Shown here: positions 19,148-29,505 of the stretch, piece by piece | How the letters are laid out: each line of letters starts with the position of its first letter | How positions within the stretch are numbered: the stretch's first letter is position 1 | DNA from: Nitrospiraceae bacterium | Lineage (GTDB): Bacteria > Nitrospirota > Nitrospiria > Nitrospirales > UBA2166 | Assembly: GCA_002726235.1 (NCBI GenBank) | Contig: PBSN01000008.1 | Location: forward strand, 448,635-512,634 | Direction: 5' to 3' | DNA: 64,000 nucleotides | Notes under the pieces: model-generated | Seen by the model: the letters and a program-made list of their open reading frames with translations, nothing else | Told to the model about the DNA's origin: nothing | Database searches by the model: none | Program-made: the position numbers and the translations under genes

Positions 19148-19708
19148 TCACGACCCGTACACATAGTTCACTTCAGCATCAGCAAGCAACGGAGCAACTG
19201 TATCCTTCTCGGACAGAATGGGCTCCGTCGTTGGCCAATCAATTCCAATGGTCGGGTCATTCCATAGCACTCCACGTTCACGTTCCGGAGAATATTCGAC
19301 CGTCATCTTGTAAACGACCTCCGCCGCCTGGCTGAGCACACAGAATCCATGCGCAAAACCCCTCGGAATATACAACATGTGAAAGGTATCTGCTGATAAT
19401 GTCACCCCAACCCAATTCCCATATGTCGGTGATCCCTGTCGCAGGTCAACCGCAACATCAAATACTTCACCCCTTAACGCCATCACCAACTTGGCTTGAG
19501 CTTTCGGATGAAGTTGATAATGAAGGCCTCTCAATGTCCCGCGAAGTGAATAAGAATAATTGTCCTGAACGAATGTATCAGATATACCGTTGGCAATGAA
19601 CACCGATTGTTTATATGTTTCCATGAACCTCCCTCGCCGGTCTTCAAGCTGTTTAGGCTCAATGAGAACAACATCCGGGATCTTCAATCGCTGAAATGTG
19701 AATGTCAC
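19148..19708 (-). CDS. rfbC: dTDP-4-dehydrorhamnose 3,5-epimerase
   Basis: DRRGRF, FVQDN, LRGLHYQ, FDVAVDLR, GFAHGF, LSEKD motifs. Confidence 0.95.
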   Translation of the reverse strand: MTFTFQRLKIPDVVLIEPKQLEDRRGRFMETYKQSVFIANGISDTFVQDNYSYSLRGTLRGLHYQLHPKAQAKLVMALRGEVFDVAVDLRQGSPTYGNWVGVTLSADTFHMLYIPRGFAHGFCVLSQAAEVVYKMTVEYSPERERGVLWNDPTIGIDWPTTEPILSEKDTVAPLLADAEVNYVYGS

Positions 19709-19863
19709 TGACCTTCCCCACACCACTTCCGCATGTTCCTCATTCTGGTACGTGCCACATTACCGGATCCCTCATATCGAAACAATGCTAAACTTGTCAT
19801 GCCATATATTCACAAGAACGGCACAACAACTCAGATTATGACATTGAATCCTGTAAATGCTGG

Positions 19864-21036
19864 CTATTCGCTAGAGCCCCCCTCACAATCCTTGGAGGTT
19901 GCTTCTACTTGAAACCCCACTCCTCCTAGAACTGTCATAAGGTTAGCGTGTATTGACGGAACTTGAACCGTTACTACCCAAAATTCGCGGTGGGCAGGGT
20001 ACTCCGTCCGAAGCCGGTCAAATGCAATGCGTCGCTCTTCATCGTTGAGACCCCAGGTAGGACGAAAGGTACAATCGTCATTTCTGACATCATAAACGGT
20101 ATGAACAGCATAAGCGATGGCATCGTGGAGATCCATGTCTGGCGATATAGTGATACTGATGTCATCAGAAAGAGGCCCGAAGTTATCTGGGTTCCATTCC
20201 GGCCCATCACCAAGAAACTCACGCACCGCCTCATAGGCCATACGTGTTCCCGCCACCTTCCCGTCAATGGAGTGACCGGCAATGTGAGGCGTAGCTAACG
20301 TGACAGCACGAAGAAGCTCATTCCTGACTACAGGTTCGCCTTCGAAAACATCCAGAACTGCACCCGCGAGACGTTTTGATCCTAATGTTTTGAGTAGCGC
20401 AACATTATCGACTACCTCTCCTCTTGCCGTATTGATCAGTATTCCATGTGATGGAATCAGCCCAAGATTTGCGTCGTTTAGCAAATGATATGTCGGGTCA
20501 GACCCAGTCGTAGTGATGGGAACATGGCAGGTCACTACATCGCTCTCAGCAAGGAGCGTCGGGAGATCGACGAAATTCTTCCATCCCGTTTTGCGCTGCA
20601 AAGGAGGATCATTTTCTAAAACCTCCATCCCTAACGCGCTTGCTTTTGCAACAAGGCGGCTCCCCACCTGCCCTACCCCAATCACTCCCAGGGTTCGTCC
20701 TTGATAAAATGACGGTCCTAACGCCAACAAAGCTGATATCACATATTCTGCGACAGAGTTTGCGTTACTTCCAAGAGCACTAGCCACACCAATCCCGTGC
20801 GCATGCAGATAGTCAAGATCGAGATGATCTTCACCAGCTGAGGCATTGGCAACGAAACGAACAGATGTCCCATCAAGCAACGTAGCGTCTATGCCCGTGG
20901 TGGAACGAATGACCAGGATATCCGCATCACGAATATGCTCACGCGTGATGGTCCGCCCTGAAACACATTCAACGCTCCCGAACTTTTCAAATGCTTGTTT
21001 CACAAATGGAATGATAGGATCGGCAACAATCTTCAC
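19864..21036 (-). CDS. pdxB: Erythronate-4-phosphate dehydrogenase
   Basis: MKIVAD, LVIRS, GSNANSVAEY, GVGQVG, INTARG, LDVFEGEP, TPHIAGHS, FDRLR..YP..RE. Confidence 0.88.
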   Translation of the reverse strand: MKIVADPIIPFVKQAFEKFGSVECVSGRTITREHIRDADILVIRSTTGIDATLLDGTSVRFVANASAGEDHLDLDYLHAHGIGVASALGSNANSVAEYVISALLALGPSFYQGRTLGVIGVGQVGSRLVAKASALGMEVLENDPPLQRKTGWKNFVDLPTLLAESDVVTCHVPITTTGSDPTYHLLNDANLGLIPSHGILINTARGEVVDNVALLKTLGSKRLAGAVLDVFEGEPVVRNELLRAVTLATPHIAGHSIDGKVAGTRMAYEAVREFLGDGPEWNPDNFGPLSDDISITISPDMDLHDAIAYAVHTVYDVRNDDCTFRPTWGLNDEERRIAFDRLRTEYPAHREFWVVTVQVPSIHANLMTVLGGVGFQVEATSKDCEGGSSE

Positions 21037-22787
21037 TGAACAACCTCCTCCCTCTCGGCCACACCACGCACGTACAACGATGCATAAAGACCATTGTGAG
21101 AGATAAGCGTATTATGGGTCCCTTCTTCAGTAATCCTCCCCTTGTCTACAACAAGAATACGATTGGCATGGTGAATTGATGTTAATCGATGTGCAACCAC
21201 GATCACTGTGCGTCCAGCCATCACACGAAACAGCGCTTTATGAACACACATCTCGGACTCGTAATCTAATGACGAAGTTGCCTCGTCCAAGAGGAGCATT
21301 CTCGGATTTTTCACGATAGCGCGCGCGATGGCAATTCGCTGACGCTGACCGCCAGACAAGGTCAAGCCTTTTTCCCCAACCACTGTATCGTACCCATCCG
21401 GAGACCGTTGTATAAATTCATGCGCGTCTGCAATCTCACTCGCTTCCAGAATTTGCTCGTCCGTCGCAGACACATTCCCATATTGAATATTGTCTCGAAT
21501 GGTTCCACCAAATAGCATCGTTTCTTGTGGAACTAATGCAATCTGCCGATACAGACCCTCAATGCCTACAGTGCGAATGTCCCGATCGTCAATGAAGATT
21601 GCCCCCTGGCTCGGATCATAGAATCTATGCAGAAGGTTGAGTAGCGTACTTTTCCCTCCACCGGTTGGCCCGACAATCGCAACTACTTCTCCAGGGTACG
21701 CAACAAAGGACACTCCATTCAGTATCGGTTGCTCTCTCTGGTAGGAAAAATATATATTGGACACTTCAATTTTCCCAGCAATAGAGGGAAGCTCAGACAC
21801 TCCCGGCGTATCTACAATTTCGGGTTGGATTGCTAAGATTCCAAACACTCGTTCCATCGCACCTTGAGCCTCTTTAACCTTTGAAAACAATCGCGCCATG
21901 CTCCCGGCAGGTCCAATTAAAATTCCTGCAAAAAGAACAAATGCAAACAGTTCTCCCGGAGTCATTGTCCCTCGAACAACCTGACTCCCGCCGTAGAAAA
22001 AAACCGCAGCGGCAGCGAAAAAGGTTAAAAAGGTGATGACCGGGATGAAGAGTGCAAGAACCATTGCTCGCTGCAACCCAAGAGCGATGACTTGGGAAAG
22101 CACGGTCGAAAAGCGTTGTTGCTCAAAATCTCCTTGGACACACGATTTGACGACGCGAATATTGGAGACAACTTCTTCCACAATGACGGAGAGAGACGCC
22201 GTTTGATCTTGAATCCCTAGCGATAACCTTTTAAGTCGCGTGCCAAACAACCGTCCAACGAGTGCAAGAAGTGGAAGAAGAAAAAAAATAACAACACATA
22301 ATTTCCAATTCATGTAGATCAGAAACGCCGTTGCACCGCATAAAATGACCACGTGTTTTGCAACATCGACCGGGGTTTCCGTGGCTATCACTTGTATGGT
22401 TCCCACATCATTCATTAGACGAGAGATCAATTCTCCAGTCCGACGTGTCGCAAAAAAATTCAGTGAAAGGCCATGAAGATGCTGGAACACATGACGGCGA
22501 ACATCAGCAACGATATGTTGGGAAATCCAAGCTTGCAAATACAGGTGCCAAATAGAAAGCGCGGCTTGAACGAAAAAGAAACTAACCATCATAATGGCCG
22601 TTTGCGCAACCATCGTAGCATCACGATGGACAGTTAACGCATCCCACAGTGGGGCGGTCAATCGGACCAACCAAAGATTGATTCCGGCTGTACCCATAAC
22701 AAGCAATAAGGTGAGCATAAAATTCACACGGTACGGACGAAAAAATGGGAGCAGGTGGCGAAAGCTGGGCATGAGCGTTTCCTTCAT
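21033..22787 (-). CDS. ABC exporter, fused permease/ATPase (MsbA-like)
   Basis: TM domain plus GPTGGGKST, LSGGQRQR, LLLDEATS. Confidence 0.92.
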   Translation of the reverse strand: MKETLMPSFRHLLPFFRPYRVNFMLTLLLVMGTAGINLWLVRLTAPLWDALTVHRDATMVAQTAIMMVSFFFVQAALSIWHLYLQAWISQHIVADVRRHVFQHLHGLSLNFFATRRTGELISRLMNDVGTIQVIATETPVDVAKHVVILCGATAFLIYMNWKLCVVIFFLLPLLALVGRLFGTRLKRLSLGIQDQTASLSVIVEEVVSNIRVVKSCVQGDFEQQRFSTVLSQVIALGLQRAMVLALFIPVITFLTFFAAAAVFFYGGSQVVRGTMTPGELFAFVLFAGILIGPAGSMARLFSKVKEAQGAMERVFGILAIQPEIVDTPGVSELPSIAGKIEVSNIYFSYQREQPILNGVSFVAYPGEVVAIVGPTGGGKSTLLNLLHRFYDPSQGAIFIDDRDIRTVGIEGLYRQIALVPQETMLFGGTIRDNIQYGNVSATDEQILEASEIADAHEFIQRSPDGYDTVVGEKGLTLSGGQRQRIAIARAIVKNPRMLLLDEATSSLDYESEMCVHKALFRVMAGRTVIVVAHRLTSIHHANRILVVDKGRITEEGTHNTLISHNGLYASLYVRGVAEREEVVQ

Positions 22788-23731
22788 TTCACCGCAATTG
22801 CAGCCTCCCTAAACTGGGCAAGACACGTATCCATGTCCTTCGGAATAGGAACTTCATATTCGCAGTACTGCTGGTTGGCAGGATGGACAAAGCCAAGGAC
22901 TGCAGCATGGAGCATGGGACGATCGAATGTCACATTCTCTAACACATGTGCGTGTCGACCACCATAGACGACATCGCCAACGACCGGGTGTCCTATCGAC
23001 GAAAGATGGACTCTGATCTGATGTGTCCTTCCTGTTTGCGGACGAATTTCAAGAATCGTCACGATTTTACCAACACGCTCGACGACCTGAAATTTCGTGA
23101 CAGAAGCCCGCGGTTTTCCTGTGCGCGCCGACATTTTTTTTCGTTCCTTCATATCACGCCCGATCGGAAGGTCAATGGTTCCTTGTGACTTCTTGATAGT
23201 TCCCGCCACTACTGTCTGGTATACACGAGTAACCGAATGAGCCTTGAACTGTTTTGCAAGCAGCTGGTGCGCACTGTCGGTTTTGGCAACCACCATCACA
23301 CCTGAGGTTCCCTTATCCAATCGATGAACCAGACCAGGGCGCTCACGCCCGCCAATTGATGAAAGACTTCCCAAATGACCTAGCAGCGCGTTAACCAACG
23401 TACCCGTCCAATTCCCAGGTGCTGGATGGACGACGATTCCAGCAGCTTTGTTGAGCACCACCACCACTTCGTCTTCATACACGATATCAAGAGGGATTGC
23501 TTCAGGTTGAATCTCAATGGGAGTTGGCGCAGGAATATCTACTGCGATGACATCTAACGGACGAATCCTATAACTCACCTTAGCCGGAACCCCGTTTACC
23601 ATCACCTGCCCCTCCTTGACGAGGCGTTGGATTGTCATCCGACTGAGGGAGAGACCTTTGATCATTAGATAGTGGTCCAAACGCTTGGAGGATTCACCGG
23701 CTGGAACGGTGAAATATTGGGGACGACTCAC
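22784..23731 (-). CDS. rluD: 23S rRNA pseudouridine synthase, RluA/RluD family with S4 domain
   Basis: RLD S4 start, VHPAPG, GLVHRLDKGTSG, TGRTHQIRVH, HPVVGD. Confidence 0.92.
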   Translation of the reverse strand: MSRPQYFTVPAGESSKRLDHYLMIKGLSLSRMTIQRLVKEGQVMVNGVPAKVSYRIRPLDVIAVDIPAPTPIEIQPEAIPLDIVYEDEVVVVLNKAAGIVVHPAPGNWTGTLVNALLGHLGSLSSIGGRERPGLVHRLDKGTSGVMVVAKTDSAHQLLAKQFKAHSVTRVYQTVVAGTIKKSQGTIDLPIGRDMKERKKMSARTGKPRASVTKFQVVERVGKIVTILEIRPQTGRTHQIRVHLSSIGHPVVGDVVYGGRHAHVLENVTFDRPMLHAAVLGFVHPANQQYCEYEVPIPKDMDTCLAQFREAAIAVK

Positions 23732-24137
23732 CGGCTGAAACGCCGCCTAGTGTGTGAAGCGCTATTACCCCTGTGAGACATCAAGGGCGTGTAGGTCTTT
23801 AAAGTAGGTCCAATAATACCCGCGATCCCTTGTCAGTACGCGGTTAACGCCTACGAGTGCACACGCGCCCAGCAAGCAAGCAAGCACATGTGATTTCGCT
23901 TTCCATCCTTCACTCGATAAGATTTCCAGACGATGCCAGATATGAGTGTGCTGTCAAGAAATAGATCGCCAAATTCAACTCCCAATTGGTCCATCGCCCC
24001 CTTTGCTTCATCTCGTAATAGACAGATTCCAGCGACGTGCGCTTCCGCCTCTCGCGGGATCACAAACCCAAACTCCCGCATAGCTACCGATGTAGGTCGT
24101 GACAATCCCTTTCCGAGTAAAACGCCGTCCTAGCATT

Positions 24138-24665
24138 TCATTTCTTTGCAGATACACGTTCCAAATCGGACGGCACTGTCGCCGACAGTGGCCCAAATGC
24201 AAAATTCAGAATTAACGCAATCACTCCAACGCTAATGGAAGAATCTGCGACGTTAAACGCTGGCCAATGATACCCTCGGATAAAGATATCGAGAAAATCA
24301 ATCACCTCCCCAAAGCGGACCCGATCAATTAGATTTCCTATCGCCCCACCTACAATCGCGGCCACACTCAGGTGCCCATACCAGTCATCCTTTGGCAAGC
24401 GAATAAAAATCAGACCAAGAAGCGTCAGAGCAACAATTGATGTAACAAGAAAGAACACAAACCGAAATGCATCACTCCCATCAGCCATGATTCCAAATGC
24501 CGCTCCTGGATTTCTGATATAGGTGAGATGGAAAAATCCTTCAATAACTGGAATCGATTGGTAGAGATGCATCGAGATATGAACCGCATGTTTCGTGACT
24601 TGGTCCAAGATGATAATCACGCTCACCAAAGCACCAAGAACGCCATATTTTACCCATGAATTCAT
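24138..24665 (-). CDS. lspA: Lipoprotein signal peptidase II
   Basis: DQVTK, NPGAAFG, GAIGNLIDR, VIDF, WPAFNVADS; ATG 24665 overlaps the ileS stop. Confidence 0.96.
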   Translation of the reverse strand: MNSWVKYGVLGALVSVIIILDQVTKHAVHISMHLYQSIPVIEGFFHLTYIRNPGAAFGIMADGSDAFRFVFFLVTSIVALTLLGLIFIRLPKDDWYGHLSVAAIVGGAIGNLIDRVRFGEVIDFLDIFIRGYHWPAFNVADSSISVGVIALILNFAFGPLSATVPSDLERVSAKK

Positions 24666-27538
24666 GCATTCTCCTCCGAACGCATTATGATCGCATCTAC
24701 ACACCGAGCGCACAAATTAGGATGGTCTGCGTTCGATCCAAGTGTTAGGTGGTACATCCAACAGCGCACACACTTCGACCCCTCAGCTCGCGCAATTTCA
24801 ATACCAAGTTTCAACACCTCATCACTGTCGGGATGTGCCAAAACAACAAGCGGCAAAGTGACAGGGCACGCCGACATAGGAAGAACCGTAAGTTGAGAGA
24901 CAATAAAAAGGGGAGTAAGCTCCTGAGAAGTTTCGTCTAGGAACTCCATCAACTGTGAATCTGCATACAACACCACCTTGGCCTCAAGTGGGGAACCAAT
25001 AATGTTATTGCGACGTGCGTCTTCCAATTTTCCGCTAACTTCATTGCGAATCGCAAGAAGACGATCCCAGCGTTTCGAAAGTTCATAATCTCGATATTCA
25101 GCACATACAATTGGAAAATGTGATAGAAAGACTTCAGGGCATTGACGAAGATGACTTGGCAACGCACGCTCTACTTCGTCGACCGTAAACGGAAGAATTG
25201 GCGCAAGCAATTTCATCACAGCTGTGAGAATTTCATACATCACGGTTTGAGCAGCTCGCCGCCCTCGAGAGGCTTGACCGAATGTATACAGTCGGTCCTT
25301 AAGAACATCGAAGTAGATCGCACTCAAGTCGACGACGAAGAATTGATTGACCCGATGAAAGATCAGGTGAAATTCAAACTCATCATAAGCCCTAATGACA
25401 CGCTCAATGCACTCATGGAGCCGAAGTAGCGCCCACCGATCAATGTCAAAGAGGTGTTCGTACGACACCCGATCAGTATCGAGGTTAAAATCTGCGATAT
25501 TTCCAAGCATGAAACGAAACGTATTTCGTATCTTTCGATATGCATCAGCCTGTTGCTTGAGAATATCAGAAGAAATACGGATATCCTCTCGATAATTTTG
25601 CGCAGCAATCCACAGCCTCAGAATTTCGCTCCCGTATTCTTTAATGACTTTTTGAGGCGAAATGACATTTCTTGCCGATTTCGACATCTTCTTACCTTCG
25701 CCATCGACAACAAAACCGTGGGTTAGCACCGCACGATAGGGTGCCTTGTCATCCGCAACCATCCCTACGAGCAAAGAACTCTGAAACCATCCACGGTGCT
25801 GATCTGATCCCTCTAGATAAAGGTCTGCAGGCCACCAGTGTTCACGCGGTTTTAACACTGCGGCATGCGTTACTCCAGATTCGAACCATACGTCGAGAAT
25901 ATCCGCAGTCAATTCCCACTTTGATTGGCCACAATTGGGATTGGGGCATGCCAATGCATCAGGAAGGAACGTGGAGACGGGTTGGGAAAACCAGATTCCC
26001 GCACCCTCCTTACTAACTAGATCCGCAACGTGATTAATATGATCCGCTTCCATTACCGTCTCATGACATGCAGCACACCGAAACGCGGGAATGGGAACAC
26101 CCCAAACCCTTTGGCGCGACAAGCACCAGTCAGGCCTCGCTTCAATGGTTCCAGACATGCGATCTTCTCCCCATGGCGGAATCCACTGAACCTTTCTCAC
26201 CTGCTCAAGCGTCTTGGATCGGAGTTGGTTTTTTTCCATGGCTACGAACCATTGTTCCGTCGCCCGGAAAATAATCGGTTTGCGGCATCTCCAGCAATGA
26301 GGATAGGAATGATCGATGGTGGCAACATGAACCAAGGTCTCACGCTCACGAAGCGTGTCAATAATGCTCTCATTAGCATTAAGGACACGACTAGGAAATA
26401 AGAAGTTCACCTCATCCGGGATATCGGACGTGAATCGGCCCATGTGATCGACAGGAGCCCAGGGTTCCAATCCATATTGCTTCCCAACAGCATAATCCTC
26501 TTGTCCATGACCTGGCGCAGTATGAACACAGCCTGTTCCTTGTTCCAGCGCAACATGCCGACCAAGGATCACCACTGATGATTTGCCTTTTCCTAGTTCA
26601 TCGCCAAACGACGATCGAAGTGGATGACGACACATAAGGCTCTCGAACCTCGCGCCTGCGTACGTTGCCGTCGCAACAAGATCAGGAAGATTCAACGCAC
26701 TAGCAAGCAATGGCAAACACGCCTTTGCAATGATCCAGGACTCACTCTCGCCCACGTTGACGGTGGCATAATCAAACTCAGGGTGAAGACAAACAGCTTG
26801 ATTAGCCACAAGGGTCCACGGAGTCGTCGTCCAAATCACAAAAGAAACTTTCCGATTCCCTACCGTTGTCTTCAACCAATCTGGAACATTCAACAACGAG
26901 AACTTGACGTAAATTGACGGCGACACATGGTCGTCGTATTCGACTTCTGCCTCTGCTAATGCAGTTTCGCAAGAAATACACCAAAACACTGGCCTCTTCC
27001 CACGATAGACCATGCCACGATCCACAAATTTGGCCAGCTCGCGAAGAATGGTGGCCTCGTAATCAGGAGCCATGGTGAGATATGGATTGGTCCAATCCCC
27101 CCAGACTCCTAATCGTATGAATTCATCACGTTGAAGATGAACATATTTTTCGGCATAGTCGCGACACATCTCCCGGATCTTCTGGTTCGAAAGTTCCTTA
27201 CGTTTTCCACCTAAGTCTTTCAAAACTTGATGTTCAATAGGCAACCCATGGCAATCCCAACCGGGAAGAAATGGGGCATCGTACCCTTGCATGGTTTTAG
27301 CTTTGAGAATAATATCCTTAAGCACTTTATTGACTGCGTGTCCAAGGTGGAGATGCCCGTTCGCATACGGAGGCCCATCATGAAGAATATAGAGGGGGCG
27401 CCCTTGCACAGCGACACGAATTTTCTCGTAGATATTTTCTTCTTCCCACCGCGCAATTGTTTCAGGCTCGCGGACGGGCAAATTCCCTTTCATTGGAAAT
27501 GAGGTTGTCGGAAGATTAAGCGTCGACTTATAGTCCAT
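24662..27538 (-). CDS. ileS: Isoleucine--tRNA ligase (bacterial type 1)
   Basis: HDGPPYANGHLHLGH, GWDCHGLP, WTTTPWT, KMSKS, C-terminal zinc finger CVRCW...LCARC. Confidence 0.98.
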   Translation of the reverse strand: MDYKSTLNLPTTSFPMKGNLPVREPETIARWEEENIYEKIRVAVQGRPLYILHDGPPYANGHLHLGHAVNKVLKDIILKAKTMQGYDAPFLPGWDCHGLPIEHQVLKDLGGKRKELSNQKIREMCRDYAEKYVHLQRDEFIRLGVWGDWTNPYLTMAPDYEATILRELAKFVDRGMVYRGKRPVFWCISCETALAEAEVEYDDHVSPSIYVKFSLLNVPDWLKTTVGNRKVSFVIWTTTPWTLVANQAVCLHPEFDYATVNVGESESWIIAKACLPLLASALNLPDLVATATYAGARFESLMCRHPLRSSFGDELGKGKSSVVILGRHVALEQGTGCVHTAPGHGQEDYAVGKQYGLEPWAPVDHMGRFTSDIPDEVNFLFPSRVLNANESIIDTLRERETLVHVATIDHSYPHCWRCRKPIIFRATEQWFVAMEKNQLRSKTLEQVRKVQWIPPWGEDRMSGTIEARPDWCLSRQRVWGVPIPAFRCAACHETVMEADHINHVADLVSKEGAGIWFSQPVSTFLPDALACPNPNCGQSKWELTADILDVWFESGVTHAAVLKPREHWWPADLYLEGSDQHRGWFQSSLLVGMVADDKAPYRAVLTHGFVVDGEGKKMSKSARNVISPQKVIKEYGSEILRLWIAAQNYREDIRISSDILKQQADAYRKIRNTFRFMLGNIADFNLDTDRVSYEHLFDIDRWALLRLHECIERVIRAYDEFEFHLIFHRVNQFFVVDLSAIYFDVLKDRLYTFGQASRGRRAAQTVMYEILTAVMKLLAPILPFTVDEVERALPSHLRQCPEVFLSHFPIVCAEYRDYELSKRWDRLLAIRNEVSGKLEDARRNNIIGSPLEAKVVLYADSQLMEFLDETSQELTPLFIVSQLTVLPMSACPVTLPLVVLAHPDSDEVLKLGIEIARAEGSKCVRCWMYHLTLGSNADHPNLCARCVDAIIMRSEENA

Positions 27539-27574
27539 GACTTCCGGGTTGCGTGAAGGTGAGAAAACTCGCGT

Positions 27575-27778
27575 CTAACAGGCTGTTTAAAAACTCAGAA
27601 TGCATCCAAATTGCACCTGGATAATCGTAACACCCAAATGATGAAGAAAACCTACGGAATGCTCAAAGCGGCCGTCCATCAAGACCGTAGTAAACAAAAA
27701 AACGAACCGTACTCTTGCACGTTGAGCCTCGGAGCAAAGCGAAAGCGAAACTAGCGGACTGTTTCAACCTCCTGCTAG
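27575..27778. mobile_element. Degenerate MITE-like interspersed repeat (Nitrospira-type), copy 1
   Basis: Imperfect terminal inverted repeats CTAACAGGCTGTTTAAAAACTC / CTAGCAGGAGGTTGAAACAGTC (16 of 22 matches); similar to 32956-33076 in reverse orientation. Confidence 0.6.
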
Positions 27779-28890
27779 CAACCTACCGACATCATGCGGT
27801 CAAGCGCACGACCAGCCCAGAGCTTATCATCGGCAGGCACCGAGATGCGGTTGACCACATGCCCATCGACGAGGTTTTCAAGCGACCAAAGCAGATGGAT
27901 AGGGTCAATACGAAACATAGTAGAACATTGGCACACGGTGGGTGAAAGAAAGAAAATCTTCTTATCCGGCTGTAATCTCTTGAGGCGATTGACTAGATTT
28001 AGTTCCGTTCCGATCGCCCACACCGTTCCAGAAGCAGCATCACTCACCGTCTGAATGATTAATTCTGTAGACCCAACAAGGTCTGCTTGTTCAACAACTC
28101 CTTCACAACATTCCGGGTGAACAATCACCTGCAGATCCGGGTAGTTAGATCGAAACGTACGCACGTGCTCCGGACGGAACATCAGGTGAACACTGCAAAA
28201 TCCCTTCCAGAGCAAAACTGTTGCGTGGCGAATTGCCTCAGGTGTGTGCCCCCCATTCGGCAAATAGGGATCCCATACGATGAGATCGCTCTCCTGTAAC
28301 CCCACGCTTTTTGCTGTATAGCGTCCCAAATGTTCATCAGGAAAGAAAAGAATCTTTTCCCTGCGTTCGAAAGCCCACCGAAAGACCGCTTGTGCGTTTG
28401 ACGACGTACATGTTATCCCGCCGTGTTTGCCACAAAATGCCTTGAGATCTGCCGCAGAATTCACATACACGACTGGCATCACCAGCTCTTCGACGGGAAG
28501 AAGAGTACGCAGAGAGTCCCACACCATTTCGACATGTTCGAGATCTGCCATATCGGCCATGGAACAGCCAGCGGCCAAATCCGGGAGAACCACGGCTTGA
28601 TCAGAGGAGCTGAGAATGTCAGCCGTTTCTGCCATAAACGATACGCCGCAAAAAACGATATATTCTCGATCCGGAAGTTCCGATGAAATTCGAGCAAGCT
28701 TCAGCGAATCACCTTGAAAATCTGAGAATTCAATGACCTCATCACGCTGGTAATTATGTCCTAAGATGACAAGACGGTTCCCAAGGAGCTCCTTTGCTTG
28801 AACGGTTCGCTCGTGAATTTCCTCAGGCGTAAAAGACTGGTACTCTTGAATTTCCCGTGCGACCTTATGAAGAACTGCCGGAGGACCCAT
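27775..28890 (-). CDS. nadA: Quinolinate synthase
   Basis: ILGHNYQ, FCGVSFMAE, AGCSMADM, YVNS, CTSSNA, GFCSVH, VHPEC, CQCSTM; GAGGTG before ATG 28890. Confidence 0.96.
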   Translation of the reverse strand: MGPPAVLHKVAREIQEYQSFTPEEIHERTVQAKELLGNRLVILGHNYQRDEVIEFSDFQGDSLKLARISSELPDREYIVFCGVSFMAETADILSSSDQAVVLPDLAAGCSMADMADLEHVEMVWDSLRTLLPVEELVMPVVYVNSAADLKAFCGKHGGITCTSSNAQAVFRWAFERREKILFFPDEHLGRYTAKSVGLQESDLIVWDPYLPNGGHTPEAIRHATVLLWKGFCSVHLMFRPEHVRTFRSNYPDLQVIVHPECCEGVVEQADLVGSTELIIQTVSDAASGTVWAIGTELNLVNRLKRLQPDKKIFFLSPTVCQCSTMFRIDPIHLLWSLENLVDGHVVNRISVPADDKLWAGRALDRMMSVGC

Positions 28891-29445
28891 AATCACCTCG
28901 TTGTGTTGCACACTACACGCACTCCTTGAAGTCTTAAAGCTTGCCATTATATTTTGGGGCACAAAACTATGTCAATTCACTCATCGCATAAAACCATCCC
29001 CGTCCTCGCCAAATCAAACCATGTGCAGATCACGGTTCTACCACCTGGGAAGTTTAAAACACAAAGTCCTCACCTCCCTGCAATATATTATTTCATCACT
29101 ACAAAACGTGGACGTCTAAAATGTTCGAGCAAGCTCTTGGCACGCCATCTCCAGGCGTTGTTCGGAAAAGCAAGAGCCACCCGTATAGCTATTCGAGGTT
29201 CTCTGCAACGCCCAGCCCAACGATCCTCCACTTCCAGACACGCTCACCGCGCTGAGGCACTACCGGAACTGAGGCATATCGAGCCGACATCATCGCCACC
29301 TTACCCGCATTAAAGCAAAGCCCCGACTCGTTTTGTTTACGACAAACAAAAAAGTCGGACAATAAATTTTCTCCTTTCGCAAGCAAGTTGATGTGAAAAG
29401 ACAAGAGATTTATTAGTATTTTAGCTTGACCTCACCGGTAAAAAC

Positions 29446-29481
29446 TGTCAATTGACACCTTTGAAACCGTGTGCTAACAAT
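29446..29481 (+). promoter_or_regulatory. Putative sigma70 promoter for yebC within the palindrome TGTCAATTGACA
   Basis: TTGACA at 29452-29457, 17-bp spacer, weak -10 TAACAAT preceded by TG; the -35 is mirrored on the other strand. Confidence 0.35.
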
Positions 29482-29505
29482 GCGCATAGTCTGGAGATTT
29501 TTATC

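Noticed and set aside
19148..19708. rfbC as part of an O-antigen/rhamnose island
   Set aside because: It is isolated; no rfbA/B/D or glycosyltransferases are nearby
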